From positions 3,038,001 to 3,102,000 of the forward strand of contig CM022675.1 of assembly GCA_012295275.1 (NCBI GenBank): a stretch of 64,000 bases of DNA, in the 5' to 3' direction. The notes beneath the pieces were generated by a model. That model was not told the origin of the DNA. It saw only the letters and a list, made by a program, of their open reading frames with translations, and ran no database searches. How positions within the stretch are numbered: the stretch's first letter is position 1; the number at the start of each line of letters is the position of its first letter. A program made the translations under genes and the position numbers. Source of the DNA: Chrysomallon squamiferum (lineage: Eukaryota; Animalia; Mollusca). Positions 44,293 to 59,447 of this stretch are shown one piece after another.

Positions 44293-46710
44293 TGTGCCAA
44301 ATTTGAAATAATTTTGCTTTGACCAAACAGTCTTTCGTATGCCTATCCTGTCTGGGAAAATAAATATAAACAATCTGTTGATAGGGTAATTCTGGATACC
44401 TGACATAAATAGTTAAATTGTGTGACCAGTACATGGTGCTTAAAACTTAACAGAACAAGAGTTTTAAATATATTACATACAGATATTAACACAAGACAAA
44501 TACACAAAAAAAACAGTACAGCCTTTTGAGGACAGAACTATATTTCTATTAATAAATTACTTGTTTTACACACAAACAAACATTTGTGTAGTGTTCAGTT
44601 ACTCCTCTACAGTTTAATTACAGGTTCAGATCTTAAAATACCATTCTAAAATGAGTTTTCATTTACAAAATAAATAAATAGTTTCTATTTGACATTTAGT
44701 TTTGATGTATTATTTTTATTATTGACATTTACAAGCATCAGTTGTAACAGTTTAACTTTTTATAGCAAGTTATTACTTCATTAGTAAATGTTTTAAAGTA
44801 AATTGACACAGATTCACCTATCACTATAATTATATAAATATAATTTGTTCATATATTTTTCACATTGGTAGACATTTTAGAGATGGCTTGATTACATGTG
44901 TGATTTTATTGACTGATGCTGCTTTGTGATTTTAACCCAACTCAGCTATTTATTATTGTTGATTTATAATTGTTATTTTATAGTCAGAATTGTTTTCATG
45001 TTGCTTGACTGTTTATATTTTACAGGTTTCACTTTCGACACTTCCACTCTGACTGACAAATTTACAACTCAGACAGGTGAGTGAATCTGAAATAATGTTG
45101 TTTGTTTGCTTGTTTCTTTATTTATTTGCTAGTTTAGTATTAATTTATTTGTTTATTTGTTTGTGTATTTATTAGTTTTTTTGTTGGTTTGTCTTTATTT
45201 ATTTATTTATTTGTTTGTTTTATTACTTGTCTGTTATTTATTTGATGTTTATGTTGCTTTTTATTAAACAACAACATTAACTACATATATATATATAAAA
45301 ACTGTTAGACAGTAAAAGCAGTTTTTGTCTTGTTTATGTTCAAAACTTTTGTTTTACGTGTTTTATAGATTTTTCATCAACTCAAGTTCAGATCACCTCC
45401 AAAACTAACAATTAATTCAGTTAAAATGTAAATAATATGAATATCTGTGTGACAAAATTTGGGGGACAAGTGAAGGGATGATAGTTTTGCAATTAATTAA
45501 TTAATTTTTATAATTATTTAAAAAAAATTATTTGTTTGTTTGTTTGTTTATTGATTTATTGTTATTGTTTTTATTTCATTTATTGTTTTGTTACCAGTAG
45601 ATATTTTTCAGATTATAAGAATATTTTTTTCTTTGATGTAAATTAGATGTAACCTTTTTGTTACAGATCAAAGTTCAACTGGAAGCACAAAAACGGTTTT
45701 AAGTAAAACAAAATCATCAAATTCAGGTAACTTTGTGAATGTATCATTGTTACATTTAATATTATTATATCATGGTGAAAAAAATAAAATATTTATCATT
45801 ATATGTATATATAAACAGTTAACATGACCAATATTTGTGTATACAAACACCCTACACACACACACACACAGAGACACACACACACATTAAACACACATTA
45901 AACAGAGCTTGTATAGAAGTATTTCTCATTATTACCAGTGAATACAAAAATCACTAATTGTTTATCAAAAACTTCTGTAGTGTTCACGTTCTTTTCCTTG
46001 GAAACATGCAGGTTAGCAAACATTTGTTATTAATGGACAATACTTGATTTTATTTTTGATGCATTTTATAAATTTATATTTTTGCAGATGTTGCTGTTGG
46101 TGTTTCAGTAACTGTGGTTATACTTTTAGTAGCATGTGCAATTGTTTCTCTTGTTTATATGAAAAGGTAAATACAGTTACCATTCTTGATTGATAACTTT
46201 ATATTTCTGTAATGTTTGATTTCATAATTTATTTAATATATATAACAAACAAAGAAATAGTAATAATAATAATAATAGTAGTCGTAGTAATAACATTATT
46301 AATAATAACATAATATAATAAAATTAAGTATTATTATTATCATCAGCATTATTATCATTATTGATTGTCATTATCTTTTTAATTGTTATTTTATTTTGCT
46401 TATTTCATGTTAATTCATTGCTTTTTCTAAAAAATAATATTAAAAATTTATATTTTGGTTTCTAAATCAGTTTTTTTCTTATTGCAGGAAAAATATTTTT
46501 TGCTTTCACCAAAAGTCAGCAGACATTGCTCACAACAGCAGCAACAACTCAGAGACTACGACAACAGTAACAGAAACTGAGAACAGTGCAATCAGTGACT
46601 CAAATTATGAGCGACTCAACACAACCCAAAGTTCTCAAAATGAGTACATGAACGTGCCACGTGAAACAGAACATGTTTACTGTGTAATGCGCTCAAACGC
46701 TGAAGATTAA
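34780..46710 (+). CDS. Genes E+F: putative fused receptor with a tandemly doubled ectodomain and short tail (~802 aa)
   Basis: E exons 34780-34858 (signal), 35182-35349, 36005-36159, 36465-36597, 37283-37399, 38278-38478, 38923-39048, 40072-40122 and 40436-40486 are all open. E's third stalk exon (from 40762) has lost its donor, and its TM exon (41062-41086) is internally deleted. F exons are 41143-41310, 42021-42175, 42486-42627, 42816-42944, 43311-43508, 43751-43873, 45026-45076, 45667-45726, TM 46088-46166 and tail 46488-46710; exon 45369-45420 is dead. The 40486-to-41143 join is phase-compatible, giving 2409 nt in total. Confidence 0.65.
34930..34978 (+). repeat. Local duplication of the 3' end and donor of gene E's signal exon
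   Basis: gattttctctcaact.ttctctgcatcaggt.aaatattta occurs at 34830 and again at 34930. Confidence 0.8.
36918..37016. repeat. 28-bp minisatellite, ~3.5 copies
   Basis: Unit tcattgttactactacagtgcttcatca. Confidence 0.9.
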
Positions 46711-47767
46711 AACAAATAAACTTTGACTGAGTGAAATACTCGATCTGCTAGTTAAAATAAAACTTTTACATGTGTACTGCACTAACATTTTTATTTTTAT
46801 TTTTATTTTTTATTTTTTTATTATCATATTCAGGAAAATACTAAAACACAGATTAATCAGATTAACTTAATATTTATAATAGTAATAATAATAATAATAA
46901 CAATTATAGCTGACTTTAATTTGATAATTATGATAATTATTTAATTTGTAATTAGTTATTAGTTATTTGTAATAATAACATACAAATATTCAAACATCTC
47001 TGCATGCACATTTATTTATATATATATTTCTGTGTATACCTGTATGGGCACATATATATGCCTTACCTATCTCTCTATCTGTCTGTCTCAGTACATAAAT
47101 ATACACACATTTACCTGTGACACCTGATAACTGATAGATATTTCACTAATTAACTGCAAGCTATTAATTATTCACAAAAATTCAAAACACACATCTACTC
47201 TTCACAGTTAAAATAATCACCAGAAAATTGATATAATAATGATCTGTTCTCCTTTGAGATTTATTTTACTAATATTTTGAGAAATGTGGAGTGTGTTAAA
47301 AATTAAAGAGATGTCAATAAAAAATAAAATTATGAAAATGCAGTCATATGTCTGTATATATGTACATGTATACAAACATAAAAATATACACATATATACA
47401 TATATGCAAAGGCACACATTTATACATACACACACACACACAAACACAAACAGATAAACAGATGTACGTGTCTCTCTGTGCAAGTGAAGGAATGTAAAAC
47501 AAATGTATTTTTTCGTTAAATTTGTGCAATTCAGAGCTGAACACACACAAATCTTTTCCTGTTCCAGCCAATACCCCATGAATGGTTTTTCTATGAGAGT
47601 GTATAAATCTTAATAATAAACAAAAATAGCCCATGTAGTAACATCAGTTTTCCATATTTTTATGATTCTTAACCATTGTATGTCACCTTGTAATTAATTA
47701 TATTTTACAAATTAATACATTTCTTCTTCCTATGAAATCACAAAAGAACACAGAATTATTAACATAA

Positions 47768-48879
47768 TCAACCTCTCACAGAATCAAGGTGGTTATAATT
47801 ATCACTGGTGTAGTCAACATTTCTCAAATCCATGTCAGCTATGTTGTAGTCATCTTCAGTCACTGCAGCAATGTGGTTGTACGTCTCATCATAAGAAGAT
47901 TTCATCTTTGGTGTTGTTGTATCGTAATCACCTTCCGTGATGTCTCCGATGTGGTTGTATGTTTTGTCATGAGTAGACATGCACTTTGGTTTTGAGTCAG
48001 CTGTATCATAATCACCTTCAACGTTGCTGTTAGTTTGGTTGAGGTTGCTATTCTGACTGTCAGTTGATTTGTTCTTCATCTTCTTGTTTATTTGACTGTA
48101 GACATCAGAACTGGATTTAACTTGATTGCTGTCTTGTAGGACGTTGTAGTCATCATCAATATCTTTGTTGTAGCTGTTATTTGTTTGAATATTCTCTGCA
48201 TTCAGATCAGATGCCAGTTTGTAGTCACTGAAGTGTGGCTTGGTTGCCATGGTAACATCTGTTAGAGTTTCAAACTCGTAATTTGAATCTGGTTTGATCT
48301 CATCGTAATCTGACAAGTTTTGCTGATTCACAGATCTGATTCAATGGTTTAATCGAGTCAGGCAGATGACTCGAACATTTTGTTTTCTTCTTTTGAAGTT
48401 GTTGTTTTGGAACTTGGAACTAACACATTTCAATTAGATAAAGTCAAATGTTTTAACAAGTTGTTAAGAAATATGACGTACATTTTCAGATCAGACCTTG
48501 ATCTGAATATAAACCAAAAACACATTTCTTAGATTATCTGTTTTAACTTCATGGAAATATTGTAAATCATCACTTTCTTAGATTATATGCCATTTTCATC
48601 ATCAGAATTGTTTTTCATCAGTTATTACAAAATATAATTGTTTTATAAATAGTCAGGAAAATCCCGAGCAACAAACAAACCTATCTATCTGTATATCTAT
48701 GATCTGTATCTGTATGTGTGTATGTATGTATTTTGTATCCACCGTCTGTCCATCCATCGATATTTATTTAAAAAAAAATTAATACAGAATTATCCTTAGA
48801 TTAAAAAATACATTAATGAAAATTACTAAAAGAAACAACCAACAATTAAAAGTCTAATATCCTGTAGGTGATGATAAAA
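47768..48879 (-). pseudogene. Gene G: 3' remnant of a long-tail receptor with the TM deleted; the rest runs into the gap
   Basis: The tail ORF 47768-48331 is open. The stalk exon (~48419-48363) is joined directly into the tail exon with an immediate TGA. 48363-48879 closely matches gene I 57520-58020. Confidence 0.8.
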
Positions 48880-49079
48880 NNNNNNNNNNNNNNNNNNNNN
48901 NNNNNNNNNNNNNNNNNNNNNNNNNNNNNNNNNNNNNNNNNNNNNNNNNNNNNNNNNNNNNNNNNNNNNNNNNNNNNNNNNNNNNNNNNNNNNNNNNNNN
49001 NNNNNNNNNNNNNNNNNNNNNNNNNNNNNNNNNNNNNNNNNNNNNNNNNNNNNNNNNNNNNNNNNNNNNNNNNNNNNNN
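48880..49079. other. Assembly gap (200 N)
   Basis: Run of n. The 5' parts of G and H are probably hidden here. Confidence 0.99.
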
Positions 49080-49268
49080 AGTGAACACATATTCTTTTCT
49101 ACAGAGATATTAGCAAATGTTTCTTATTTACTAATAATACTTTAACTTTGTTCTTGTATTTTATAACTTTATATTTCTTTTTTGCAGTTGTCTCTGTTGT
49201 TTCATTTAAAAGATAAGTAGAGTTACTGTTCTTCATTTTGTAAGTAAATATATTGTGTTTTATTACAG

Positions 49269-51937
49269 CTACTCTGCATGTATTAAATGACGTCACATGG
49301 GACACAGCGTTTTATACATGTCATCAACATGGAGAACAACTGTACAGTACGTCAGATATTACATCACTGAGTGACGTCACAGCAGGATCTTACTGGATTG
49401 GAGCTAAAGTTCAGTACAGTTCATGGATGTGGACAGGTGATATAAATTAATAGTTTATTTTATCGAGTAATGACATTCACAGAACTTAAAGGAATATACA
49501 CAGCAAAAGTTATGACTAATGTGAACGTACAGTTAAATCAGATTTATATTACTATTTAATATGGACCAGATAATTTGTATATTTAAGAAATATATTTCCT
49601 AGTATTGTTTAACAATGTGTATTTATTGTTTTTGCATAAAGTATAAAATAAAAAACTATTACAATAACTAAAGTATATTTTATTAGACCATAGTACCAGT
49701 ATTTCTTTCTCAGTACAAACAGGCAGCTAGGTAGTATCTAGGCATGTGATTTATAAACATTACATTATGTATGTCTAATTAATGAAGCTAATTCAAATAT
49801 TTTTATTATATTTGTGACAATTCTTTCTTTTTAAACCAAATATCTCTTATTTATTTATATCATTTACACACTCATTTTCTCTCTGTATTATTAGTTGTTG
49901 TTGATTTTGTTATTATTATTACTATTACTGTTATTGTTGTTGTTGTTGTTATTGCAGCAGCACAAATTATTGTTGTTTTATTTGTTTTATATTTGTTCAG
50001 CATGTGTGTAATTTTTAACATTTAAATTCATATTTATACTGAACATTATTTCTGAAAAGCTGAATTTATCAACAAATATAGTTAAATCCAGAAAAGAAAT
50101 GCACATAAATGTTACTATTTCTTATATTTTACCTTCAGAACTGATTTCATTGAACAAATTGTTTGTTTTATAGCGGATAACACACCACTGTTTGATTATG
50201 TTGGAGAAGTGAATGAATCACAGTCTGTACAGTTTTATCAAATCAAATACTACAACCAGGCAAGCCGATGTTTCTATGAATGTCAACAACACAAAACTAT
50301 TGCAAATGTACTGTGTGTTGGATTGCAAGTAAGCAAGAGAGATTTATTTATTAAGCTTACATAAAAGTAGGTTTTAACCAACATGCACTGGAACATAAGC
50401 TTACATAAAATGGACACATACAAACACACATGCATATACACAAACACTCATGCTTGCATACAAACATAGATATATACAGACTTAAGTGTATTTGTATGCA
50501 TATATATATTTACATGTGTAAGTGTGTGTGTATTTAGGTGCAAACATGCATGCACATGTGAATGCACACTTACATACACAAAAAATGATACATAAATACA
50601 TCGAAACATAAATACATGCATACATCCACAAACATAAAATGTTGTTGGTTTGGGTTTTTTTATTTTATTTACATACACTTTGTTTTTTTGTATGTTAATG
50701 AGTCAAATGACAATATTCATTATATAATGAAGTATTATAATCTAATATAAAAATAAATATATTGTTTTAGAGCTTAGAAGGCTTATAAACTACTTCAAAA
50801 TGATTTTAAATCATCTACATTTCAATATTTCATAATGCTAAAAAAAAAGTATATCTCATTGTTGCCACTCAAAGAGCTTTCTTTACAGTTTAGCAGCAAG
50901 ATATTTTTTTACATGAACACAGTTATATTACACATTTATCTCTTGTGAAAGTGGTAAGAAATTATTTCTAAAAAGTTGTTTCTAATATTATAAATGTTTG
51001 TATTACAGAGAGAAAAATGTTACTGTTTTAACCAGAGAAGCTGCTATCAACTTCAAAATGGACATGTTGAAACAGAAAATAAAACTGGTTGTTTGGGGAA
51101 CTTCAAAGAAAACTGTGGAACTGAAAACACAATGAGTGTTTATAAAACAGGTAAAATCTTGTTTACATCTGTAGATTTTTGTACTCTTCTCCTTCTCTGA
51201 TATGTTTGTTTTTTATTTATTTATTTATTTATTTAGCAGAGTTTTTTGGTTTGCTTAATGACACATTAAGTTTGTTGGTGATCCTGTTGCCATAGTAACT
51301 CAAAATTCCCAATTTTGTTACATCTTTCCATGTGTACTTAATTAAAAAATGAGATTTCTTATATTTTTATTCCTGGTATCATTTCTAAAGCTCAAGTGTA
51401 AAAAGAAAAGACCACTAATACATGAATTTTTATTTTATTCTTGTATTTCATAACCAGCAAAAAGAAGAAAAAAAAATTGTTTAAACAATAACAAAAATAT
51501 ATTTATTTATTTCATTTCATTTCATTTCATATTTTTATTATCTTTATTATATTTAGTTTTTGTTTACTTACTTCATTTTATTTTATTTTATTTGTTTTAA
51601 TTTATTTACAGATTTGACAATCAGTTATGTTACATGGTTACTTGATGTTGATGGTGTTTGTGGCTACATTGAACAAAGTGGAAATATTTTTGTGAAAACA
51701 GATAAAAACTGTAACACACAGAGAGGATTTATCTGTAACTGTGAGTTAATATTTCTGTTTCTGTTTCTGTTATTTTTTTAAGTTGTAAAAGAGAACACAA
51801 AGACAGTCATGAAATGTTACATTTTTCTTTTCCGTTATTCACTATATTTAGAAAACTCATTGTATAGTCTTCAAAGTTCCAAAATATTACAATATGTGGT
51901 ACTTTTGGAATGATGTTGCTTTTAGTTTATTTAGCTG

Positions 51938-51979
<42 letters not shown>

Positions 51980-54447
51980 TTGTTTCTTTGTAATTGTCAT
52001 TTATTTTAGTCTTTATTGTTTATTTGTTTTATTATTTATTACAGGTACTGGAAATTACAACAATGCTTCATGTTATCATCATCACATGACTCACAGCTGG
52101 TTTTCATCTAACTCAACTTGCTCATTAACAAAACTAACTAAAAACAATGCTGAATTAATTAGAATAAAATTGAGGGGTGGAGTACAGTACTGGATTGGAC
52201 TAAAACGTGACAAACAAATAGTTTGGTTTGACAGTTTTTACAGTGAGTTATTGTAAAACTGATTAACTCTTAAATCAAAAACTTTTCTTAATTTTTATTT
52301 ATCTTCTCCTTTTCCAGTCTTTGTTTCTTTTCATTTATTCTAATTTGATTCTTCATACGTTTTTATTTCAGTCATTATTATTACAAATGTGGCTGATCAT
52401 TGACTTACTTATTTACTTATTCTAGGGAATTTAAACAGTATTCTTTTCTTATCACTAATTAAATAAACCAAAAGATATTTTGAATTTCAGATGAAACACT
52501 GAACATAAACATTACACAAAATGGCTGTGTATTGCTAGAAAAATTTCCAAATGGCAAAACTCCATTTTCACTTAGTAACTGTAGAGATGTGCACTCTGCT
52601 ATTTGTATTAGTAGTAAGTATTATTTATTTATTTGTTCATTTATTTTTGTGATTTATTAATGCATTCATCCATTCATTTATTCTGAAATATTTTGAAAAT
52701 ATATTAAGTCAGATGTAAAATGTTAAAATTTGGTTTTCTGACAAGACTAAACATGTTAGAAATATTTTTATTTTTATTTATTTATTTCTTCTTCTTCTTA
52801 TGATTATTATTATTATTATTTGTGCCAAATTCAAAATGATTTTGCTTTGAAAGTCTGTATGTTCCTATCCTGTCTGAGGAGATACATATAACATTTTTAT
52901 GTAATCACAAATTTGCCCCTGTCTTGTGGAGAACTAACACAGGTAGCTAAATTGTGTTCTAGTGCATGGTGGTAAAATCTTAACAGAACAAGAAAACCTA
53001 ATTTTAAATATATACACACAAGATACATACATTTATCTTGCAGCCAGTGGTAAGATAACAAAAAATATAGCTTTTTGGGGACTGAACTACATTTATATCA
53101 ATATTTTACTTGTTTCACACACAAACACAATTTATATATTGTTAGGAGTTACTCCCTTAGTGTTTAGTTACTGGTTTAGATCTTAAAAGGCCAATCTAAA
53201 ATCAGTTTTCATTTACAAAATAAATATTTTGTTTCTATTTAGTTTTGATGTATAATTTTTGTGTCTGAAGTTTCCAAACATCAACTGTAACACTTTATCT
53301 CTCATCAGTGAAGGCAAACAGTTAGTTCATTAGAGACTTCAGTAGCTATTTGAAAGTAAATTGACATAGATTCTTTACATCTTTATAGACTGATGCAGTG
53401 TTATATTCTTCACATTGGTAGACATTTAACCTATTTATTACTATAATTTTGTAGATTGTACTTTTCATGTTGGTTGATTATTTAAATACGGTTGACATAT
53501 CCATGCAGTTTTATAAACTAATTAAATATTATATATTTTCAGCAAGATTTAATTATAGTTGACTTCTGAGTTAATTTTATAGTTGGTTGAATGGTTAACT
53601 GCAGTTGATGGTGTAACTAAGTTTAAATATTTTACAGATTTCAGTTTTCAGACTTTCACACAGACACACAGATTTGTGGATCTGAAATAGGGTTATCTGT
53701 TCGCTTGTTTATTATTAATTTATTGGTTTCTTTGTTTATGTATTTATTAGTTTGTTGGTTGATTTGTCTGTTTTTATCTTTTTATTTGTTTGTTTTGTTG
53801 CTTGTTTATTTTATTACTTATTTGTTATCTGTTTTATGTTTATATTGTTCTTATTAAACAACAACATTAACTAATATATATATATTTAAACTGACAGATA
53901 GTAAAACAATTTTTTGTGTTGTTAATCTTCAAGACTTTTGTTTTACTTGTTTTATAGATTTTTTGTCAACTCAAGTTCTGATCACCTCCAAAACAACAGT
54001 TAATTCAGGTAAAATGTAAATAATATGAATATCTGTGTGACAAAATTTGGGGGACAAGTGAAGGGATGATAGTTTCGCAATTAATTAATTAATTTTTATA
54101 ATTACTTAAAAAATGTATTTGTTTGTTTGTTTGTTTGTTTATTGATTTTTTTTTATTTATCATTGTTTTTATTTCATTTTCTGTTTTGTTCCCAGTAGAT
54201 ATTTTTCAGATTATAACAATCTTTTTCTCAGATGTAAATTAGATATAACCTTTTTGTTACAGATCAAAGTTCAACTGGAAGCACAAAAAAAGTTTTAAGT
54301 AAAACAAAATCATCAAAATCAGGTAACTTTGTGAATGTATCATTGTTACATTTAATGTTATTATTTAAATGTGAAAATAAACAAATATATATATCATTAT
54401 ATGTATATATAAACAGTTAAAATGACCAGTACTTGTGTATACAAACA

Positions 54448-54485
<38 letters not shown>

Positions 54486-55307
54486 ATTAAACAGAGCTTG
54501 TATAGAAGTATTTCTCATTATTACCAGTGAATACAAAAATCACAAATTGTTTATCAAAAACTTCTGTAGTGTTCACGTTCTTTTCCTTGGAAACATGGAG
54601 GTTAGCAAACATTTGTTATTAATGGATAATACTTGATTTTATTTTTGATGCATTTTATAAATTTATATTTTTGCAGATGTTGCTGTTGGTGTTTCAGTAA
54701 CTGTGGTTATACTTTTAGTAGCATGTGCAATTGTTGCTCTTGTTTATATGAAAAGGTAAATACAGTTACCGTTCTTGATTGATATCTTGAGATAACTCTA
54801 TATTTATGTAATAATGTTTCATTTCATAATTTATTTAATACATATAACAAACAAACAAAGAAATAATAATAACAGTAGTAGTAGTAATAACAATATTAAT
54901 AATAACAATAATAAAATTAATTATTATTATTATCAGCATTACTATTATTATTATTGATTGTCATTATTTTTTTAATTGTTATTTTATTTTGCTTATTTCA
55001 TATTAATTGATTGCTTTTTCTTAAAAATAAATATTAAAAATATATATTTTGGTTTCTAAATCAGTTTTTTTTTTCTTATTGCAGGAAAAATATTTTTTGC
55101 TTTCAACAAAAGTCAGCAGACGTCATTCACAACAACAGCAACAACTCAGTGACTACAACAACAGTAACAGAAACTGTGAACAGTGCAATCAGTGACTCAA
55201 ATTATGAGCGACTCAACACAACTCAAAGTTCTCAAAATGAGTACATGAACGTGCCACGTGAAACAGAACATGTTTACTGTGTAATTGGCTCAAATGCTGA
55301 AGATTAA
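49269..55307 (+). CDS. Gene H: short-tail receptor unit, probably the second module of an E+F-type fused gene whose 5' part is in the gap
   Basis: Open exons 49269-49436, 50174-50328, 51009-51150, 51612-51740, 52045-52242, 52491-52613, 53958-54008, 54263-54322, TM 54677-54755 and tail 55085-55307. The stalk exon at 53638 has lost its donor. The unit is preceded by the same TM-relic junction (49188-49212) as F and has no signal exon of its own. Confidence 0.75.
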
Positions 55308-56419
55308 AACAAATAAACTTTGACTGAGTGAAAAACTCAATCTGCTAGTTAAAATAAAACTTTTACATGTGTACCGTACTAACATTTTTATTTTTTATTG
55401 TTTTTATTAGCATATTCAGGAAAATACTAAAACACACATTAATCAATTTAACTTAATATTTATAATAGTAATAATAATAATAATAACAATAATAGCTGAC
55501 TTTAATTTGATAATTCGGATGATTATTTAATTTATAATTAGTAATTTGTAATAATAACATACATATATTCACACATCTCTACATGCACTTTTATTTATAT
55601 ATATATTTCTGTGTATACCTGTATGGGCACATACACAAACACATATATATGCCTTATCTATCTCTCTATCTGTCTGTCTGCCTACCTATCTATCTATCTC
55701 AGTACATCAGTATACACACATTTACACCTGATAACTGATAGATATTTCACTAATTAACTGCAAGCTATTATTCACAAAAATACAAAACACACATCTATTC
55801 TTAACAGTTAAAATAATCACCAGAAAATGAAATAATAATCTGTTCTCCTTTGAGACTTATTTTAACTAATTCCAGTTCCAACCAGTGACCTTGACACGTT
55901 TGCTGGTATTTAACATTACTTAATGTCAATATTGAACTGCTTTGAATTAAAATATTTTGAGAAATGGAGGAGTATGTTAAAAATTAAAGAGGTATCAATA
56001 AAAAATAAAATTACCAAAATGAAGTTATATATCTGTATATATGTACATGTATATACGTATATGCAAAAACAATTTATGCATACAAACACAAACATAAACA
56101 GATGTGTGTGTGTGTGTAAGAGAAGGAATGTAAAATACAAAAGTATTTTCTTGTTAAATTTGTGCAATTCAGAGCTGAACACACACAAATCATTTCCTGA
56201 TCCAGCCAGTATCCCATGTCTGGTTTTCCTGTCTATGTGAGTGTATAAATCTTAATAATAAATAAGACTAGTCCATGTAGTAACATCAGTTTTCCATATT
56301 TTTATGATTCTTAACCATTGTATGTCACCTTGTAATTAATTATATATTACAAATTATACAACATTTGTTCTTCCTATGAAATCAAGAAATCACAAAAGAA
56401 CACAGAATTATTAACATAA

Positions 56420-57093
56420 TCAACCTCTCACAGAATCAAGGTGGCTGTAATCATCACTGGTGTAATCAGCTTTTTTCAAATCCATGTCAGCGATGTTGTA
56501 GTCATCTTCAGTCACAGCAGCGATATGGTTGTACGTCTCATTATGAGAACTTGTTGACTTTGGTGCTGTTGTATCGTAATCACCTTCCATGACGTCTCTG
56601 ATGTGGTTGTATGTTTTGTCATGAGTAGACATGGACTTTGGTTTTGATTCAGTTGTATCATAATCACCTTCAACGTTGCTGTCAGTGTGGTTGTAGTTGA
56701 TATTCTGACTGTCAACGATGTAAGACCCAGATGTTTTGTTCTTCTTCATCTTTTTGTTTATTTGACTGTAGACATCAGAACTTGATTTAACTTGATTGCT
56801 GTTATTTAGGATGTTGTAGTCATCATCAGTGTCATTGTTGTAGCTGTTATTTGTTTGAACATTCGCTGCAATTAGATCAGATGCCAGTCTGTAGTCGCTG
56901 GAGTTTGGCTTGGTTGCCATGGTAACATCTGTTAAAGTTTCAAACTCGTAATGTGAATCAGTGTCTGGTTTGATCTCATCGTAATCTGACAAGTTTTGAT
57001 GATTCACAGATCTGATTCGTCGAGTCAGGCTGCTTTCTGGTTTAGTCTTGAAACAAAATGTATGTGATCTGAAGAAAACATATTAAAAAAAAA

Positions 57094-57144
<51 letters not shown>

Positions 57145-58399
57145 AATGTCATAATAACAGTAATAAAATTAATAAATAATTTGACTTGTAGTAGTACCTC
57201 TAAAATTACAAGAACTATACACTTCTGCTATCGTAAATTTCAACATAATAATAAATAATATCAAATATTTTATTATTTTGTCAGAATTCTGTTACCACCA
57301 GATATGTATACACGTTCTTTTAACCATGTCACATTATTTCATTTAATTTTTTGCTTGTTATGTTTCAAAATTTATTTATTTGTGTGTTTGTTAAATTACG
57401 CCAACAATGGTTTAATCATAAATATCGATTATGAATTTATAGAAATTATTAATTAAGTACTTATTGTTTTGCTTGTTACGGAAATGAACGGAGTTGTTTC
57501 CCTTCCAGAGTGTTCAGATGCAGATGACTCGAACATTTTGTTTTCTTCTTTTGAAGTTGTTGTTTTGGAACTTGGAACTAACACATTTCAATTAGATAAA
57601 GTCAAATGTTTTAACAAGTTGTTAAGAAATATGACGTACATTTTCAGATCAGACCTTGATCTGAATATAACCAAAAACACATTTCTTAGATTATCTGTTA
57701 CTTCATGGAAATATTGTAAATCATCACTCGAATATGCCATTTTATCATCAGAATTGTTTTTGTTATTACAAAATATAATTGTTTTATAAATAGTCAGGAA
57801 AATCCCGAGCAACAAACAAACCTATCTATCTGTATATCTATGATCTGTATCTATATGTGTGTATGTATGTATTTTGTATCCACCGTCTGTCCATCCATCG
57901 ATATTTATTTAAAAAAAAAATTAATACAGAATTATCCTTAGATTAAAAATACATTAATGAAAATTACTAAAAGAAACAACCAACAATTAAAAGTCTAATA
58001 TCCTGTAGATAATGATAAAAATAAATCGGTGTGTTAAGATTTCAAGTACTTGATGGTTAGTTATTCCGTGATAATTTCATTTTATTAGTGAATAAAATAC
58101 TTCAGAAATATCTGTGTATAAATACATAAATAAATTAATTAATAATACTTACTACTAACACAAATGGCGGAGTGGACGTCACTACAGTTACTAATTGAAA
58201 ATGAAGTTTTGCCATTTGCGAATTTTTCTAACAACAGGCATCCATTTTGTGTAATGTTTATATTTAGTGTCATATGTTCTGAAATAAAATTATTATTTAA
58301 TTAAGCAGTTGAAAAGAATATTGGTTAAGTTGCTAAAAATAAACAAATAAAAACAACCGAAGTTATTATAATAATAATAATTATTATTATTATTATTAT

Positions 58400-58449
<50 letters not shown>

Positions 58450-59384
58450 TAGATAATTATAATAACAGAAATAACAAATAAATAAATAACAAATAAATAC
58501 GTAAATCAAATCAGAATGGATGAAATCAATGTAAATTATAAAAGGAGAACATAAATAAAAATTCAGAACTGTTTTTAATTACTCACTGTAAAAACTGTCA
58601 AACCAAACTATTTCTCTGTCACGTTTTAGTCCAATCCAGTACTGTACTCCACCCCATATTTTTTCTCTAATTAATTCAGCATTGTTACTGTTTAGTTTTG
58701 TTAATGAACAAGTTGAGTTAGATGAAAACCAGCTGTGAGTCTTGTCATGATGATAACACGAAGTATTGTTGTAATAAACGAGGGAACAAATAATGTCAAG
58801 GTAGCTTGGTGAAATAAAAATCAACAGTATATACATGAAGTGTTTATCTTCGTATTTAAATTTGTGTTTATAATAAAACATGTTAATGACGATTAAAGAC
58901 GTTCACACACATTCCGAGAAATCCGCAATAAGAAAAAAAATTAATAATAACAATAAAAATCCCAAAAACCCACAAAAGCAGCAACAACAAAACAACTTAC
59001 AAAAACAATACTGAAACAGAAATATTCACTCACAGTCACAGATAAATCCTCTCTGTGTGTTACAGTTTTTTTCTGTTTTCACAAACATATTTACACTTTG
59101 TTCAATGTAGCCACAAACACCATCAACATCAAGTAACCACGTAACATAACTGATTGTCAAATCTGTAAATAAACAGAAATAAAATAAAATAAGTAAACAA
59201 ACAACAAAGTATGTAATAAACATAATAAATAAATGAAATGAAACTGAATAACAAAATATAACAAATTTAGTTTAAAACATTTTAGTTAAATGCACATCAA
59301 AACATATTTAAAAATCTGGAATTCCGAAATACTATGGCAGCTGGATTGTCGTCAGATTTTAACGTGTCATTAAGCAAACCCAAA

Positions 59385-59447
<63 letters not shown>

